Assembly (NCBI GenBank): GCA_963706285.1
Contig: CAVPLU010000004.1
Span: 160,001-224,000 of the forward strand
Reading direction: 5' to 3'
Source: Candidatus Bathyarchaeota archaeon
GTDB taxonomy: Archaea > Thermoproteota > Bathyarchaeia > 40CM-2-53-6
DNA: 64,000 nucleotides
This document shows positions 33,864 to 45,067 of the stretch, in pieces; the stretch's first letter is position 1, and each line of letters starts with the position of its first letter. Below the pieces are notes generated by a model that worked only from the letters and a program-made list of their open reading frames with translations, was not told where the DNA came from and made no database searches. The position numbers were made by a program, and so were the translations under genes.

Positions 33864-34175
33864 TCAGAACCTGAAAAGAACTCTCTGGAAATCCACGATC
33901 TTCCCATGTCGTACCTCAACGCTTTCTGCTCTCAGCATCTGGATCTTCTTCTCAACGGTGCTACCTGAAGTTCTTCCTCCAAAGCCGCCAACTGTACCGT
34001 CGGACCTTACTACTCTATGGCATGGGACTTTGGGCGCATAAGGGTTCTTGCGACAAGCGTTCCCGACAGCTCTGTATGCCTTGGTATGCAGCTTCCTGGC
34101 GATCAGACCATAGGTTGTGACTCTGCCCTTGGGTATTTTCTTCATTAACTTCCAGACTCTCGCTTCGAACTCCAA
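33864..34175 (-). CDS. O6-methylguanine-DNA alkyltransferase (MGMT family, short form)
   Basis: IPKGRVTTYG, RAVGNA, VPCHRVV active site. Confidence 0.92.
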   Translation of the reverse strand: MEFEARVWKLMKKIPKGRVTTYGLIARKLHTKAYRAVGNACRKNPYAPKVPCHRVVRSDGTVGGFGGRTSGSTVEKKIQMLRAESVEVRHGKIVDFQRVLFRF

Positions 34176-34441
34176 AAATCAATGTCACCCCGCTATCGGT
34201 CGATGTTACTCAGGGTTTGGGAGCCGATAAAAGTGTTGACGTGTATTCTAGGTTCAATGATTGTCTTGAGATAGTCTCCTCTTTTGATGGGAATCTTCCA
34301 TCTTCCCGATGGTGGAGAAACCTACTGCACCGGATGAGATGCCGAGGATTGAGAATCAAGAGGCCCCGAATCTGGTGGATTTACTCTACTTGCTGAACTC
34401 TTATAGACCACGAGTTATCGGACCGTCGCGGTAGAGCAAGC

Positions 34442-36061
34442 ATGTCTCTTACTGGCATGTCCGCGGTGGACCTTGTGCGGCGTCGTAAGACGCCTATGCT
34501 CCTTGTAGTACTTGCCCTTCTATCACTCTCTTTTCACGCAGGCATCGCCAAGAGCGAAGGAATCCCCATAGAACACATAGTGATTCTATACGAAGAGAAC
34601 CGCACATTCGACCACTACTTCGGAACATACCCTGGGGCAAATGGTATCAGCATGAACATAGCTCTCCCCAAGACGCCGGGGTCAAATGAGACAGTTCGTC
34701 CGTTTCATATTCCTACGACAAGCACCCACGATCTCGACCATTCAAACCGAGCCGCGAAAATCGCCTACAACAATGGCAAGATGGATGGGTTCGTGTATGC
34801 AGAGAAGTCGAACCTTACCATGGGTTACTATGACTCCCGAGACATCCCATACTACTGGGATTATGCATCGAAATTCGTGCTCATGGACAATTTCTTCACC
34901 TCGCAGATGGGCCCGAGCCTACCGAACCATCTGTACCTTATCGCCGGCCAGTCAGGTGGCCTGATCGAAAACCCCGGGCCATGCCAATCAAGGGAGATCT
35001 GTGGAGAGCAATCAAAGAATCCGTACGCATTGCCCAGCAATCTCGTTTTTGATTTCAAGAATGTTATGGATGAACTTGACAATCGCGGCATATCTTGGAA
35101 ATACTATACTGGTGACGAGGAAAACTACAGAGAGGCAGGTTACTGGAATCCTCTGCCTGCTTTCGCATCTTTCAAGAGCAACCCGTCACGACTAAGCAAC
35201 CTTGCACCGAACGATCGATTCCTGATCGACTTGGCCAACGGAAATCTCGCCAAGGTGGTGTGGGTGATCCCTGAGGAGGATGAGAGCGATCACCCGTCCG
35301 CCGACGTGAAGGTCGGGCAGGGATATATGGTATCTATGATCAACGCCATAATGAGAAGTGAATACTGGTCGTCCACAGCAATATTCGTGACTTGGGATGA
35401 CTACGGCGGATGGTATGATCATGTTCCTCCACCGCAGATAGACGCCTTCGGCCTAGGATTCAGGGTTCCGTGTCTCATCATATCCCCATACGCCAAAGAA
35501 GGATTCATAGACCACACCCAAGCTGAGTTCTCCTCAATCCTCAAATTCGTAGAGGCAGTTCACGGTCTTCCTCCTCTCACACAGAGGGACGCGATGGCAA
35601 GCAACTTGTTTGAAGCATTCGATTTTTCTCAACCATCCAGGCCACCTTTGATCCTTCCAGGACCATACGTGCCTCACCAATACCCTCTCACGTTGACTGA
35701 GAACGCAAGTCAAGCGATAGATTTACTCGCAAAGGCAAAAGATCTGATGACAAAGGCTCAGACTTCGAACTTCACGAGTGTTGAAGCTCAAGCCATGGTC
35801 GAAGAGGCGATCAGCGAGTACAATTCAGCACAGCGAGCTTTCTCACGAAACGACTTCGTTGTCGCGAAGGAACGTGCCCAAGTCGCCTTAGATTTGTTCG
35901 TGAAAGCCTACTCAGTCGAAGAGAATTACAGACAGACGCTGCAAGGAGAGGGGAGACAGAACGATGTCCTCAGCTACGTCCTGCCCGTGGCTGTCTCCAG
36001 TTTCGTTCTGGGGGCCGTAACATTCTATCTCGTTAGAAGAAAAGCCGGAAAACACTCCTGA
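34442..36061 (+). CDS. Secreted, membrane-anchored phosphoesterase (phospholipase C/acid phosphatase family)
   Basis: IEHIVILYEENRTFDHYFG, GPSLPNHL, TWDDYGGWYDHV, GFRVP; C-terminal TM. Confidence 0.9.
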   Translation: MSLTGMSAVDLVRRRKTPMLLVVLALLSLSFHAGIAKSEGIPIEHIVILYEENRTFDHYFGTYPGANGISMNIALPKTPGSNETVRPFHIPTTSTHDLDHSNRAAKIAYNNGKMDGFVYAEKSNLTMGYYDSRDIPYYWDYASKFVLMDNFFTSQMGPSLPNHLYLIAGQSGGLIENPGPCQSREICGEQSKNPYALPSNLVFDFKNVMDELDNRGISWKYYTGDEENYREAGYWNPLPAFASFKSNPSRLSNLAPNDRFLIDLANGNLAKVVWVIPEEDESDHPSADVKVGQGYMVSMINAIMRSEYWSSTAIFVTWDDYGGWYDHVPPPQIDAFGLGFRVPCLIISPYAKEGFIDHTQAEFSSILKFVEAVHGLPPLTQRDAMASNLFEAFDFSQPSRPPLILPGPYVPHQYPLTLTENASQAIDLLAKAKDLMTKAQTSNFTSVEAQAMVEEAISEYNSAQRAFSRNDFVVAKERAQVALDLFVKAYSVEENYRQTLQGEGRQNDVLSYVLPVAVSSFVLGAVTFYLVRRKAGKHS

Positions 36062-36260
36062 TCCACTCCTGCACGTGACTCAAGGCCCGCCTAATCAGCT
36101 CACATCATCTCAATGGAATCGAGCTGTCACTCAGGCGAGTTCGATGGTACAATCCCAGAAAAATCACGTAATGATTGGGGTCGCTCCACTGAGGCTTGAT
36201 GCCTTATTCGGCGTGTGGACGGGGGCCTGATTTGCCAGCGTGAATGAGCTTTGCGAGATT

Positions 36261-38137
36261 CTAGGATCTGCGGCTCCGTCGGACTCTAAGCGAGTATAAG
36301 GCCGCTCCGATCGCGATTATCGCCAAGAATCCGAGAACTGCTGCGTACTCCGTCCAGCCCGGACCTGCGGGGCTTGCTGTAACCGTGAAGTTTACTGAGA
36401 GTTCGCTCTCGTTGCCAGCGATGTCCAGAGCCCTGACTTCGATTATGTGGTTTCCATCGGTAAGTCCAGTGAAGACATGCGTTGTATTCGTCCCAACGCT
36501 TGTCCACAATCCGCTATCTAGTCTAATTTCGTAGCGACCAATCCCAGAGGTTTCGTCTGAACCTGTCCATGTGACCGTTGCAGTAGATGCCCCTATCTGT
36601 GAGCCGTTCAGCGGAGAATCTATTGAGATGTTTGGTGGGCTTTTGTCCAGCTCTATTCCTGTGAGTGTTTTGTGGGGTGTCTCCTCTATGCCTGTTTTGT
36701 CCACACTCCAATATTCCAAGGTGTTGTTGGCACCTTCGGCTGTGATCGTTGGTTGTCCATCAGTGCTGACACTCCGTGTTGGTCCGTTATTGATTTTGTA
36801 GTATATGTTCGCGAGGCCTCCTAAGTCGTTGGCAGTTGAAAGGTTGATTTTGAAATCCTTAGCATGCCAGGTTCCAGTCGTAGTCGTGCGTGGTTTGTAG
36901 GCCTATTTCCGTGACTCGATAGATCCCCCAGCCGTATGGGAACGTGTACGTTCTAACCACGTCGCCTTTCGGGTTCACTTCAACCACCTCAGCTCCAAGA
37001 GTATTCGGGACGTAGTGGGTCTGTGCACCGAAAGCTCCTATCAGATCTCCGTTAGGCAGTATGTCGGCGCTTCCCCAGTAAGGAGTCCAATACGCGCTAG
37101 GAGCAGTCCAACTCCAGGTTGTACGAGCAGTCATGTTCTGCTCGTTCACTGTGACTTCTAACATTCTGCTATGTGAGCTCGTTCCGTCGTAGCATTTGTT
37201 GGCAAGGCTTGGTTGTGTTGTGATAATCATTATCAAACATCAAGAATACGTTTGGCTGAACTTCCTTGACATCATGGGAGTGATACCACAAACTTGGAAC
37301 CTTATTCCCATTCTGGTCGAAGAGTGCGAAATTCCCATGTTCACCTAGGCACCAGATGGTCCGACTTGTGGTCTTGTCAATCTTGCAGAATGTGTTCTGA
37401 GCTCGCATGTTGAAGTAGATTATGTTCTTGTCATAGATCCATTGAAGACTATTCGAATGGGTGAGGTCTATCAGCACTTGGCCTGCGGCTGTAGCCGTGG
37501 GATAGCTCTCGGTTGTGTCGTTGCAAGGGCATTCATCTTTGAGACTGAAGTGTCCATCGGCATAGGTATCCCAGCTCCACAAAATCCCGCCCGTGCTGTT
37601 GAGCTCATAGATATGGTCCATGAGGACTTGGTGCCCATCGATCACTCTTATGTAATCTCTGAATGTCAGGAAGGTGTGGGTGACCGGATTGTATTCAATA
37701 TCATGGTGGCCCCAAACGTTTGGGAAATCGGTTGTCTTGTTCGTTTTCATGTTCCAGAAATGCGTGGCTAATGAATCCGGTTCCCCCATAAACATCAGCG
37801 TGTCCGGTGAGATGTACTTAACAGGCCAGTAGCTCGGAAGATCATTAGATCTTCGAAGATAGAGCAATTGGCCGTCAGTTGTCATCACGTCCAAGGAGCT
37901 GCCAAGTGGGCTTAGATTCGAGGAATTGAACTGCCACAATCCGAATGCCAAGTACCCATTCCAAGCGTTACCGAACGTATCAATCTTGACCGGTACAACA
38001 GAAGCGTCGCCGGCTGAAGGAACCGACTGAACGGCAGCGCCAGAGAGCTGAGCGGCGCTGTTGGAAAAACCGAGACATGCAATCAACAAGGTTGTTACTA
38101 GGAGAACTGAATGCTTACATGCTTTCGAGTTAGCCAT
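36261..38137 (-). CDS. Arylsulfotransferase-like beta-propeller protein with Ig domains and C-terminal TM; two +1 frameshifts (~37202 and ~36877)
   Basis: GHHDIEY, LTHSNSL, HSHDV..MFDND, WGSADILPNGD; the three ORFs join on removing single bases. Confidence 0.8.
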
Positions 38138-38536
38138 TTTCAGAAGTTCTCCTCTGTAGAGTGTGACCGGTTGATTGTGTAATAACCCCTTTGTGTGCAG
38201 ATCGACTCACTAGAGAGTTCTTTCCTCTTGGCTTGAATCATGTCGAATGATCGCAAGAGGCGATCGACTGAGTGAATGGGAATTCCACGTGCACTCTTTT
38301 TGAGTGAAGCATTGTAGGTCCATCTCAGGATTTCTATGCCCCACATGCAAAACATGTGTGGTTGGTCGTCTGGCCATATTTCGACAGAGCTTTCTACAGC
38401 GATATTGTAGAGCTTTCTCAGTACTGGTGATCATGCAAACGGAGTCTTGCCGTAGGTCATAAGCCACATGGATGATTCGTACATTAGTATTATATCGCTC
38501 AGAGAGTAGCGGGCTGCGATCAATGAGGTCATGTAG

Positions 38537-38716
38537 TTGAACATTCTCCATTCTATTCTGCAAGTTGCTCCCCGAATCGCTCCGCGAGGGCTCGGCATAG
38601 GAGGACTCATCTTCGGGACCGTTGTGGCCGTATCGATTCTCCTAGTCAGCGTGGGTTTCTTCTACGTTCTGTTGAAAGTAGGGAGATACCTTGACGCCAT
38701 GAGAGAGAAAGTGTAG
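38537..38716 (+). CDS. 59-aa single-TM protein (not in ORF track)
   Basis: GAGGT SD, TTG start, GLGIGGLIFGTVVAVSILLVSVGFSYVLLKVGRYLDAMREKV. Confidence 0.6.
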   Translation: MNILHSILQVAPRIAPRGLGIGGLIFGTVVAVSILLVSVGFFYVLLKVGRYLDAMREKV

Positions 38717-38819
38717 GTCATCTCGGTCGTTCTTGGACTCATCTTAATGACTTTACACAACAGATGAGTTCTCTTCAGAACTTCTTCAGAAGAGACAAAG
38801 AACGTTTTTCGAATGACTT

Positions 38820-39191
38820 GTGTCCAGCAAGCACAGGATGTGGCGAGTGTCTGTGAGGAAGGCGAGGGAGGGCGTAAGGGTCTTTACGTCTAGGGGGAAG
38901 CGTAAGTTCTCAAAGGAGAACCTTGCAGCGTTTCCTAAGGAGATTATTCGAGCCTTCGTGCGGTTGCCGAGAGTCTTCAAGAAGGTGGATCTTGACAGAG
39001 TTCTCGGGAATGAGATCTCAAGAAGCATGAAGTGGAGATACGTTCAAAGAATGGAACGCCTAGGCTTGGTGAAGCATTCCACCAAGAAATACTACCAGAA
39101 GATCTATGATAGCGTCTCCGATTGGATGGAGAAGGATGCCGTACCGAAGATCAAACACATGGAATCAGTCGCACTCATAGAAACGATCTAA
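38820..39191 (+). CDS. Basic hypothetical protein, possible wHTH
   Basis: ISRSMKWRYVQRMERLGLVKH resembles a wHTH recognition helix and wing. Confidence 0.55.
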   Translation: MSSKHRMWRVSVRKAREGVRVFTSRGKRKFSKENLAAFPKEIIRAFVRLPRVFKKVDLDRVLGNEISRSMKWRYVQRMERLGLVKHSTKKYYQKIYDSVSDWMEKDAVPKIKHMESVALIETI

Positions 39192-39403
39192 CCGCCCTCA
39201 AGAAGAATCCGCCAACAGTCGCTCCGCAGTGGAGAAAGCGGCAGCCTATCGAGCTATTCAGCAGCCCTTGGACCTTACAAATCCGCTCGGTCTTTGTGTA
39301 ATAAATACGAGTTATAGCGCTTCGTAAACGCATTTCTTGTAAAAATCACGTCAGAATATGAGAAAATCTTATCTCGGACCAGCAGCTCGTGCTGGCGAGA
39401 ACC

Positions 39404-40357
39404 ATGAAAACTTCGAAGGACGGCTACCCATTAGGATTGCTGGAAGGTCCGGAACATGATGAGAGACAGTCAGTCTTCGCTCTACAGACGGAGATCTTCA
39501 GGGTCTTCACTGACAGACTTGTGGAGAAGGGTTTCTCCTGGATACTCCCAGTCACGCTCTCCAAGTCCACAGATCCACTGTGGCCAGATCCAGGGGCCAG
39601 CATAGAGAAGAGAATACAGCTAGAGGTTTACGGTGAGAACGTCAAGACTATGCAAAGCATGATAGTTCACAAGAGAGTCCTGGTCTCTCTAGGGCCAGAG
39701 AGATTCTTCATACTCTCGCCCAATGTCAGGATAGAGAACAGGGAACGGGCTAAGACGGGAAGACATCTTTACGAGTTCACGCAGCTTGAAATAGAGATGG
39801 CGCACGCGAAGATGCAAGATATCTTCAAGCTATTCGAGGAACTCATCGAGGCATCTGTTTCCACGGTCAGAAAGAAACTAGGAAGAGAGCTTCAAATGCT
39901 CGGAAGAGACCTGATCGTCCCGGATACACCATTCAAAGTCCATGAAAGGAGCAGCCTTGAAGAAAAGTATGGCAAAGATTGGGTACAGGCTATTTCGGAG
40001 GAATCGAGACACCCTGTCTGGGTGACGGATCTCCCGAGAGAATTCTACGATTATCAAGACGAGAAAACCGGAGCATGGCGTAACTACGATCTAATTCTGC
40101 CTGAAGGATACGGAGAAGTGATCTCAGGCGCCGAAAGAGAATACGAGTATGAGAAGATCGTAAGAAAACTTGAACGAGACGGCCTAGACAAGCAAGACTA
40201 TGTTTCTATGTTGAGGCTTGCGAAGGACGGAGCCTTGAAACCATCAGCAGGAGCCGGGTTGGGGATCGAGAGATTCTTAGCCTATGTCTGTGGTGTGGAG
40301 CATGTGGCGGAGGTTCAACCATTTCCCAGAGTTCCCGGAGCAGTACCAGAGCTGTGA
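39404..40357 (+). CDS. Archaeal asparagine synthetase A (AsnRS2-like, lacks anticodon-binding domain)
   Basis: SKSTDPLWPD, QSMIVHK, RHLYEFTQL, GEVISGAEREY, PSAGAGLGIER. Confidence 0.9.
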   Translation: MKTSKDGYPLGLLEGPEHDERQSVFALQTEIFRVFTDRLVEKGFSWILPVTLSKSTDPLWPDPGASIEKRIQLEVYGENVKTMQSMIVHKRVLVSLGPERFFILSPNVRIENRERAKTGRHLYEFTQLEIEMAHAKMQDIFKLFEELIEASVSTVRKKLGRELQMLGRDLIVPDTPFKVHERSSLEEKYGKDWVQAISEESRHPVWVTDLPREFYDYQDEKTGAWRNYDLILPEGYGEVISGAEREYEYEKIVRKLERDGLDKQDYVSMLRLAKDGALKPSAGAGLGIERFLAYVCGVEHVAEVQPFPRVPGAVPEL

Positions 40358-40420
40358 AACACATTCACATGCTATTTGTGAAGGGCGACAGGCAGAAATC
40401 ACATCGCTAGCCTTGGATGC

Positions 40421-40924
40421 TCATTGATGCTGCGTAACCGCATGTTTCTTGAGATCGATTTCCAAAGTCTCCTTTGCCGTGTCGAACACCATGCACGTCA
40501 CGGTCTTGTCGATTCCTCCGACGGTTCGGAGTTTGTCGACGACGAATCTCCCCACCGCATCGATGTCTGTCGTCTTCACCTTGATGAGCAAGTCCCAGTC
40601 GCCGCTGATTACGTGAACTTCCTGAACTTCTGGAAAACCTGCCACTTCTTTGGCCACTGTCCTTTGGGAAAGCATATTCTTGGTTGCTCCAGGAGTGCGA
40701 TAGGAGAAAGTGGCTAGAATGAAGGCAGTTGCGGCAAATCCAAGTTTGGGGCCATCGAGAACCGTCGCATACTGTCTTACAAGCCCGAGTTCCTCCATTC
40801 TCTTGATTTTTGCATACACCGTTGTCACAGGCATGTCGAGACTGAGCCCTAGTTCCTTCGCCGTCTTTTTCGAATCGCGCTGCAAAAGGTCCAGCAGTGC
40901 AATATCCAGCGAGTCGAGCCTCAT
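40421..40924 (-). CDS. Lrp/AsnC-family transcriptional regulator
   Basis: LDSLDIALLDLLQRDS HTH; EVHVISGDWDL RAM domain. Confidence 0.93.
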   Translation of the reverse strand: MRLDSLDIALLDLLQRDSKKTAKELGLSLDMPVTTVYAKIKRMEELGLVRQYATVLDGPKLGFAATAFILATFSYRTPGATKNMLSQRTVAKEVAGFPEVQEVHVISGDWDLLIKVKTTDIDAVGRFVVDKLRTVGGIDKTVTCMVFDTAKETLEIDLKKHAVTQHQ

Positions 40925-41082
40925 GTGTCGTCCTGTGGTTACAGAGTGATTCGTGCTTGAAAAGGAATCCTGCCTTAATCCGTGGATTGGCTATTGGCGT
41001 GAAAAACTTCTTGACGCCAAATCGCGTCGGAGCACTTATAGGGTGACCGTCGTGCTAAATTCGGAAATCCGGTAGCTGAAAC

Positions 41083-42210
41083 GTGTTGGACTTGGCGAAG
41101 CGTAGACTCGAGGAGCCGTCCGAAATCGAGACGAAGATAAGTTTCGTTGACGGCGCGCAGAATCGGTTAGCCTATCGGGGGATAAGTGTGACCGCCCTCG
41201 CAGAGCATAGCAGTTACGAAGACGTTTCATACCTACTACTCTATGGCTCGCTCCCAACTCGAGCCCAGCTCGACGAGTTCACGCGCAAGATGGCTGCTAA
41301 CCGGAGGATATCTGCAGGTATTGTCACTCTGATAGCATCGTTGCCCCACTCTGCGCTTCCTATGGATGTTCTCAGAACAGCGATATCAGCCACGGCCATG
41401 TTCGACCACAAAGGGAAGGAGAACAGTCGCCAGGCTCTCTTGGAGATAGCAATTGAACTGATCGCACAGGCACCGACTGTTGTAACCACTTTCAATCACA
41501 TTAGAAACTCACGGCTGCCAATAGAGCCAGATGCAACGCTTGGGCATGCGGCAAACTTCCTGTACATACTGAAGGGAACTAGACCGGACGAAGAGGCCGC
41601 TCGAGCCTTGGATACTTGCTGGGTCCTACATGCGGATCACGGATTGAATCCGTCAACTTTCGCTGCAAGAGTCACTGCTTCGGCGCAATCAGATATCTAC
41701 GCCGCCCTAACTACCGCGATTGGTACACTGAAGGGCGCAATCCACGGCGGCGCAAATCAGAAGGTCATGGAGATGCTTCTCGAAATCAAGGACGAGGAGA
41801 GAGTCAGCGAATACGTAAGAAACGTCCTCAAACACAATGAGAAGATACCTGGTTTCGGTCACAGGGTATACAAAGGTGAAGACCCGAGGGTCTCACACCT
41901 TCGCAAGCTTTCCGAATCTCGATGCAGGAAGACCCAGAACATGCACTGGTTTGAACTCTCGCAGAAGCTGGAAGAAACGGTTTTTCGAGAGAAAGGACTC
42001 TATCCCAACATGGACTTCTATTCGGCCACGTTGTACTACGCGCTTGGAGTCCCAGTCGACATGTTAACAACCATGTTTGCATGCAGCCGCATGGTTGGTT
42101 GGGCAGCACATATCATAGAGCAGTGTGAACAGAATAGGTTGATACGCCCTCTGGGAGACTACGTTGGCATTCTCAACCAAGAGTATCTTCCGATAGAGAA
42201 GCGCAAGTAA
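41083..42210 (+). CDS. Citrate synthase / 2-methylcitrate synthase
   Basis: LHADHGLNPSTF, HGGAN, GFGHRVYK..DPR, YPNMDFY, IRP. Confidence 0.93.
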   Translation: MLDLAKRRLEEPSEIETKISFVDGAQNRLAYRGISVTALAEHSSYEDVSYLLLYGSLPTRAQLDEFTRKMAANRRISAGIVTLIASLPHSALPMDVLRTAISATAMFDHKGKENSRQALLEIAIELIAQAPTVVTTFNHIRNSRLPIEPDATLGHAANFLYILKGTRPDEEAARALDTCWVLHADHGLNPSTFAARVTASAQSDIYAALTTAIGTLKGAIHGGANQKVMEMLLEIKDEERVSEYVRNVLKHNEKIPGFGHRVYKGEDPRVSHLRKLSESRCRKTQNMHWFELSQKLEETVFREKGLYPNMDFYSATLYYALGVPVDMLTTMFACSRMVGWAAHIIEQCEQNRLIRPLGDYVGILNQEYLPIEKRK

Positions 42211-42360
42211 CTGCTTGACTACGTGATCTCAAACCCATTTAGCAGAAGATCCGCTCGAAGCCGACAACGCTCGTGAACAATCGAGGCAGCCGCGGGTTTG
42301 TGAGGTCAAGCTGGCTATCCCTGCGATAGTGCAACTGCAAGCTCGCATACCTTGCGAGGT

Positions 42361-43779
42361 TCAATCTCCAAGTCGGAATTCTTCGTGAAGGGCGTGCACT
42401 GCCTTCAGAACGTCATCTTCTCGAACCACAAAGGAAATGTTCAGCTCCGACGATCCTTGAGCGATCATCTTTACGTTCACCCCTTTGTCTGCCACGGCTC
42501 GAAATAGTCTTGCAGCGATGCCTGGCGCGCCCCTCATGCCCGCCCCGACAGCTGCTACAATGCTGACTTCGGCGTCGGAAGTGATCTCCTTGAACATACT
42601 CTCCTTGAGCAATGATTCTCTCAGCGCGGTGATTGCCGTTTCAAGGTCTGAGCGTGCCACTATCAGCGATATGCTTGCTTCAGATGAGCTCTGAGAGATC
42701 ATGAGGACATTTACGCCATTCTTTCCCAGAGCATCCAAGACTTTTGCGGCGGTTCCCGGTTCGCCGTGCATTCCTTCACCGCTAACCGTAACCATTGAAG
42801 CCTGTTTGACGGAAGTCACGGCCTTGACTATGTGGACATGCTTTATGCGCTGGTCCTGAAGGATCAAAGTGTCAGGGCCGTTCGGATTGAATGTGTTCTT
42901 GACTCGAACCGGCAATCCGATCTTTGCGGCTGGCTCCAAGGCTCTTGGGTGCATGGATTTCGCTCCGAAGTGAGACATCTCCATGGCTTCCATGAAAGAG
43001 ATCTCTCTAATGGTCCGTGCAGCGGGTTCGATCTTTGGGTCCGCCGTCATTATTCCGTCTACATCTGTCCATATCCACACTTCGTCTGCTCCCAATGATG
43101 CACCAATCAGCGTCGCCGTGTAGTCGGACCCTCCTCTTCCAAGAGTTGTTGGGACTCCGTCCTGCGTGACTGCGATGTACCCTGTGACGACCGGAATCTT
43201 TCGATCCTTGAGGACGGTACCAAGCTTGTCCTTTAGCTTCTGTTGTGTGACGTGCATCAATGGTGTTGCTTCGCCGAAGGAGGCGTCAGTCACTATTCCC
43301 GCCTCTTCGCCTGTGAGGCGTTCTGTCTCTACTCCGGAATCATGAAGGGCTGCCGCCAGAACAAGCGTTGAGAGTCTCTCGCCGAACGAGAGCACATAGT
43401 CTTGTGACCTAGGCGTCAACTCGCCCAGATAGCTGATTCCTGTAAGGGCTTTTCGAAGCTCCCCTAGCTCCAGGTCGAGCCGCGCCATCGTTCGTTTGAA
43501 CTCGTCTGTCTTTGTGATGACTTGCTTGCATACATTCTCGTGTCTTGCGCGAAGCTGCTCAGTGACTTCGGCTACATGTTGCTCATCTCGCTGGCTGGCG
43601 CGGGTCGCAGCTTGGATTAGACTGTTTGTGACGCCGTTCATTGCTGATGCAACCACCACAATGTCGTTTGTCCTTGCGTAGTCAGTGATTAGGGCGACAA
43701 CATTTCTTAGCGCTTCGACTCCTCCGATGGAGCTTCCTCCAAACTTCATTACGATCAGCAATCGAAAACGCGGCTCCAT
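42361..43779 (-). CDS. lysC: Aspartate kinase with ACT domains
   Basis: VMKFGGSS, SFGERLS, TLGRGGSDYTA, DVDGIMTADP, IAQGSSE. Confidence 0.96.
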   Translation of the reverse strand: MEPRFRLLIVMKFGGSSIGGVEALRNVVALITDYARTNDIVVVASAMNGVTNSLIQAATRASQRDEQHVAEVTEQLRARHENVCKQVITKTDEFKRTMARLDLELGELRKALTGISYLGELTPRSQDYVLSFGERLSTLVLAAALHDSGVETERLTGEEAGIVTDASFGEATPLMHVTQQKLKDKLGTVLKDRKIPVVTGYIAVTQDGVPTTLGRGGSDYTATLIGASLGADEVWIWTDVDGIMTADPKIEPAARTIREISFMEAMEMSHFGAKSMHPRALEPAAKIGLPVRVKNTFNPNGPDTLILQDQRIKHVHIVKAVTSVKQASMVTVSGEGMHGEPGTAAKVLDALGKNGVNVLMISQSSSEASISLIVARSDLETAITALRESLLKESMFKEITSDAEVSIVAAVGAGMRGAPGIAARLFRAVADKGVNVKMIAQGSSELNISFVVREDDVLKAVHALHEEFRLGD

Positions 43780-43783
43780 AGTG

Positions 43784-44876
43784 TCATTGAGATGGTATGT
43801 AGCCGGCCTTCACTAGGTGCTCCGTGACCAGGACTGCGCCTTTGGCAGCGCCTAGTCTAGTGTTGTGGCTGACCAAGACGTACTTGACTCCATGTTCTCG
43901 GATTTGGTCTTGCCGGATTCGACCAACACTTACTGCCATCCCATCGTATAGGTCGCGGTCCATTCTTGGTTGTGGTCTGAAAGGATCATCCTTTACTACC
44001 AACAGCTCCTTCGGAGCTGAAGGCAGATCGAGAGTGTGCTTTCCGAATTTTCTCATTGAATCTGCGACTTCACTGGGGTCGCATCGTTTTCGAGTTGAAA
44101 CGTAGACTGCTTCAGTGTGGCCTTCGAGTACGTTGACTCTTGTGCAGGTGCAGCTAACTTTGAAATCCGCTGGCGAGACATGCCCGTTCGCTTCGTCGCC
44201 CAGAATTTTCTGGGTCTCTTTCTGCACTTTCTCTTCCTCGCCTGGGATGAACGGAATCACGTTGTCTGTAACATCAAGTGAGAGAACGCCCGGGGATCTG
44301 CCCGCGCCTGATACGGCTTGCATGGATGTCATCGTGACATTTTCTATTCCAAAGTCGACGTGTATCGGTTTCAGCGAGACTACCAGGCCCATCGTTGTGC
44401 AGTTCGGAATGGGAGTGATGAATCCGTTCCACTGGCGTTTCTTCCTCTGCGTGTGAATGAGTTGGGCGTGCTCAAAGTTGATTCCTGGCACAAGGATGGG
44501 GACATCATCATCGTATCGGAACGCAGAGGCGGTGCTAATAACCGGCTTAGTTCTTGCGTATTTGGGTTCGAGCGTGCGTGCAATATCGGAATCCAAAGCT
44601 GTGAAGACAACATCAATTCCAGAGAGATCCAAAGTAGACGCATCTTGCATGGGCATACGGAGAGTTGAGTCTGGGCTGTCGTCGCTGCAGTACCAGCGTA
44701 GCGCTCCCGTCGCTCGGATCCCGAAGCGCTTCCTCGTAGGTTTTGCCCGCGGATCTCTCGGAAGCTGCGAGACATGAGATTCTGAACCATGGGTGCCGGT
44801 CCAGAGCTGCTACGAATTGCTGGCCGACTATACCTGTAGCACCTACTATTGCCACGTTGAGCATTGGTTTGTTCAT
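43784..44876 (-). CDS. asd: Aspartate-semialdehyde dehydrogenase; +1 frameshift at ~44712
   Basis: [38 protein letters not shown]. Confidence 0.94.
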
Positions 44877-45067
44877 TATCTGTGCCTCAGCGTAAGTGGA
44901 GCACCTATCCCGTCATGAAGATGTTATCAAAGTTTGAGGTTCGAGCATCAGGGTATCTCCGAGAACTTGAATTCTGGCTGCTTTTCATCATCAACGCCTT
45001 AGCATTCATCGCGATTTGTGATATCTGACGCATGATTGTAGCGAAACATGTTCTGATCCTGAGAGCT

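Noticed and set aside
44907-45033. 42-aa ORF (MRQISQIAMNAKALMMKSS...) as a second leader before asd
   Set aside because: No clear SD and no convincing enrichment of Lys/Met/Thr codons.
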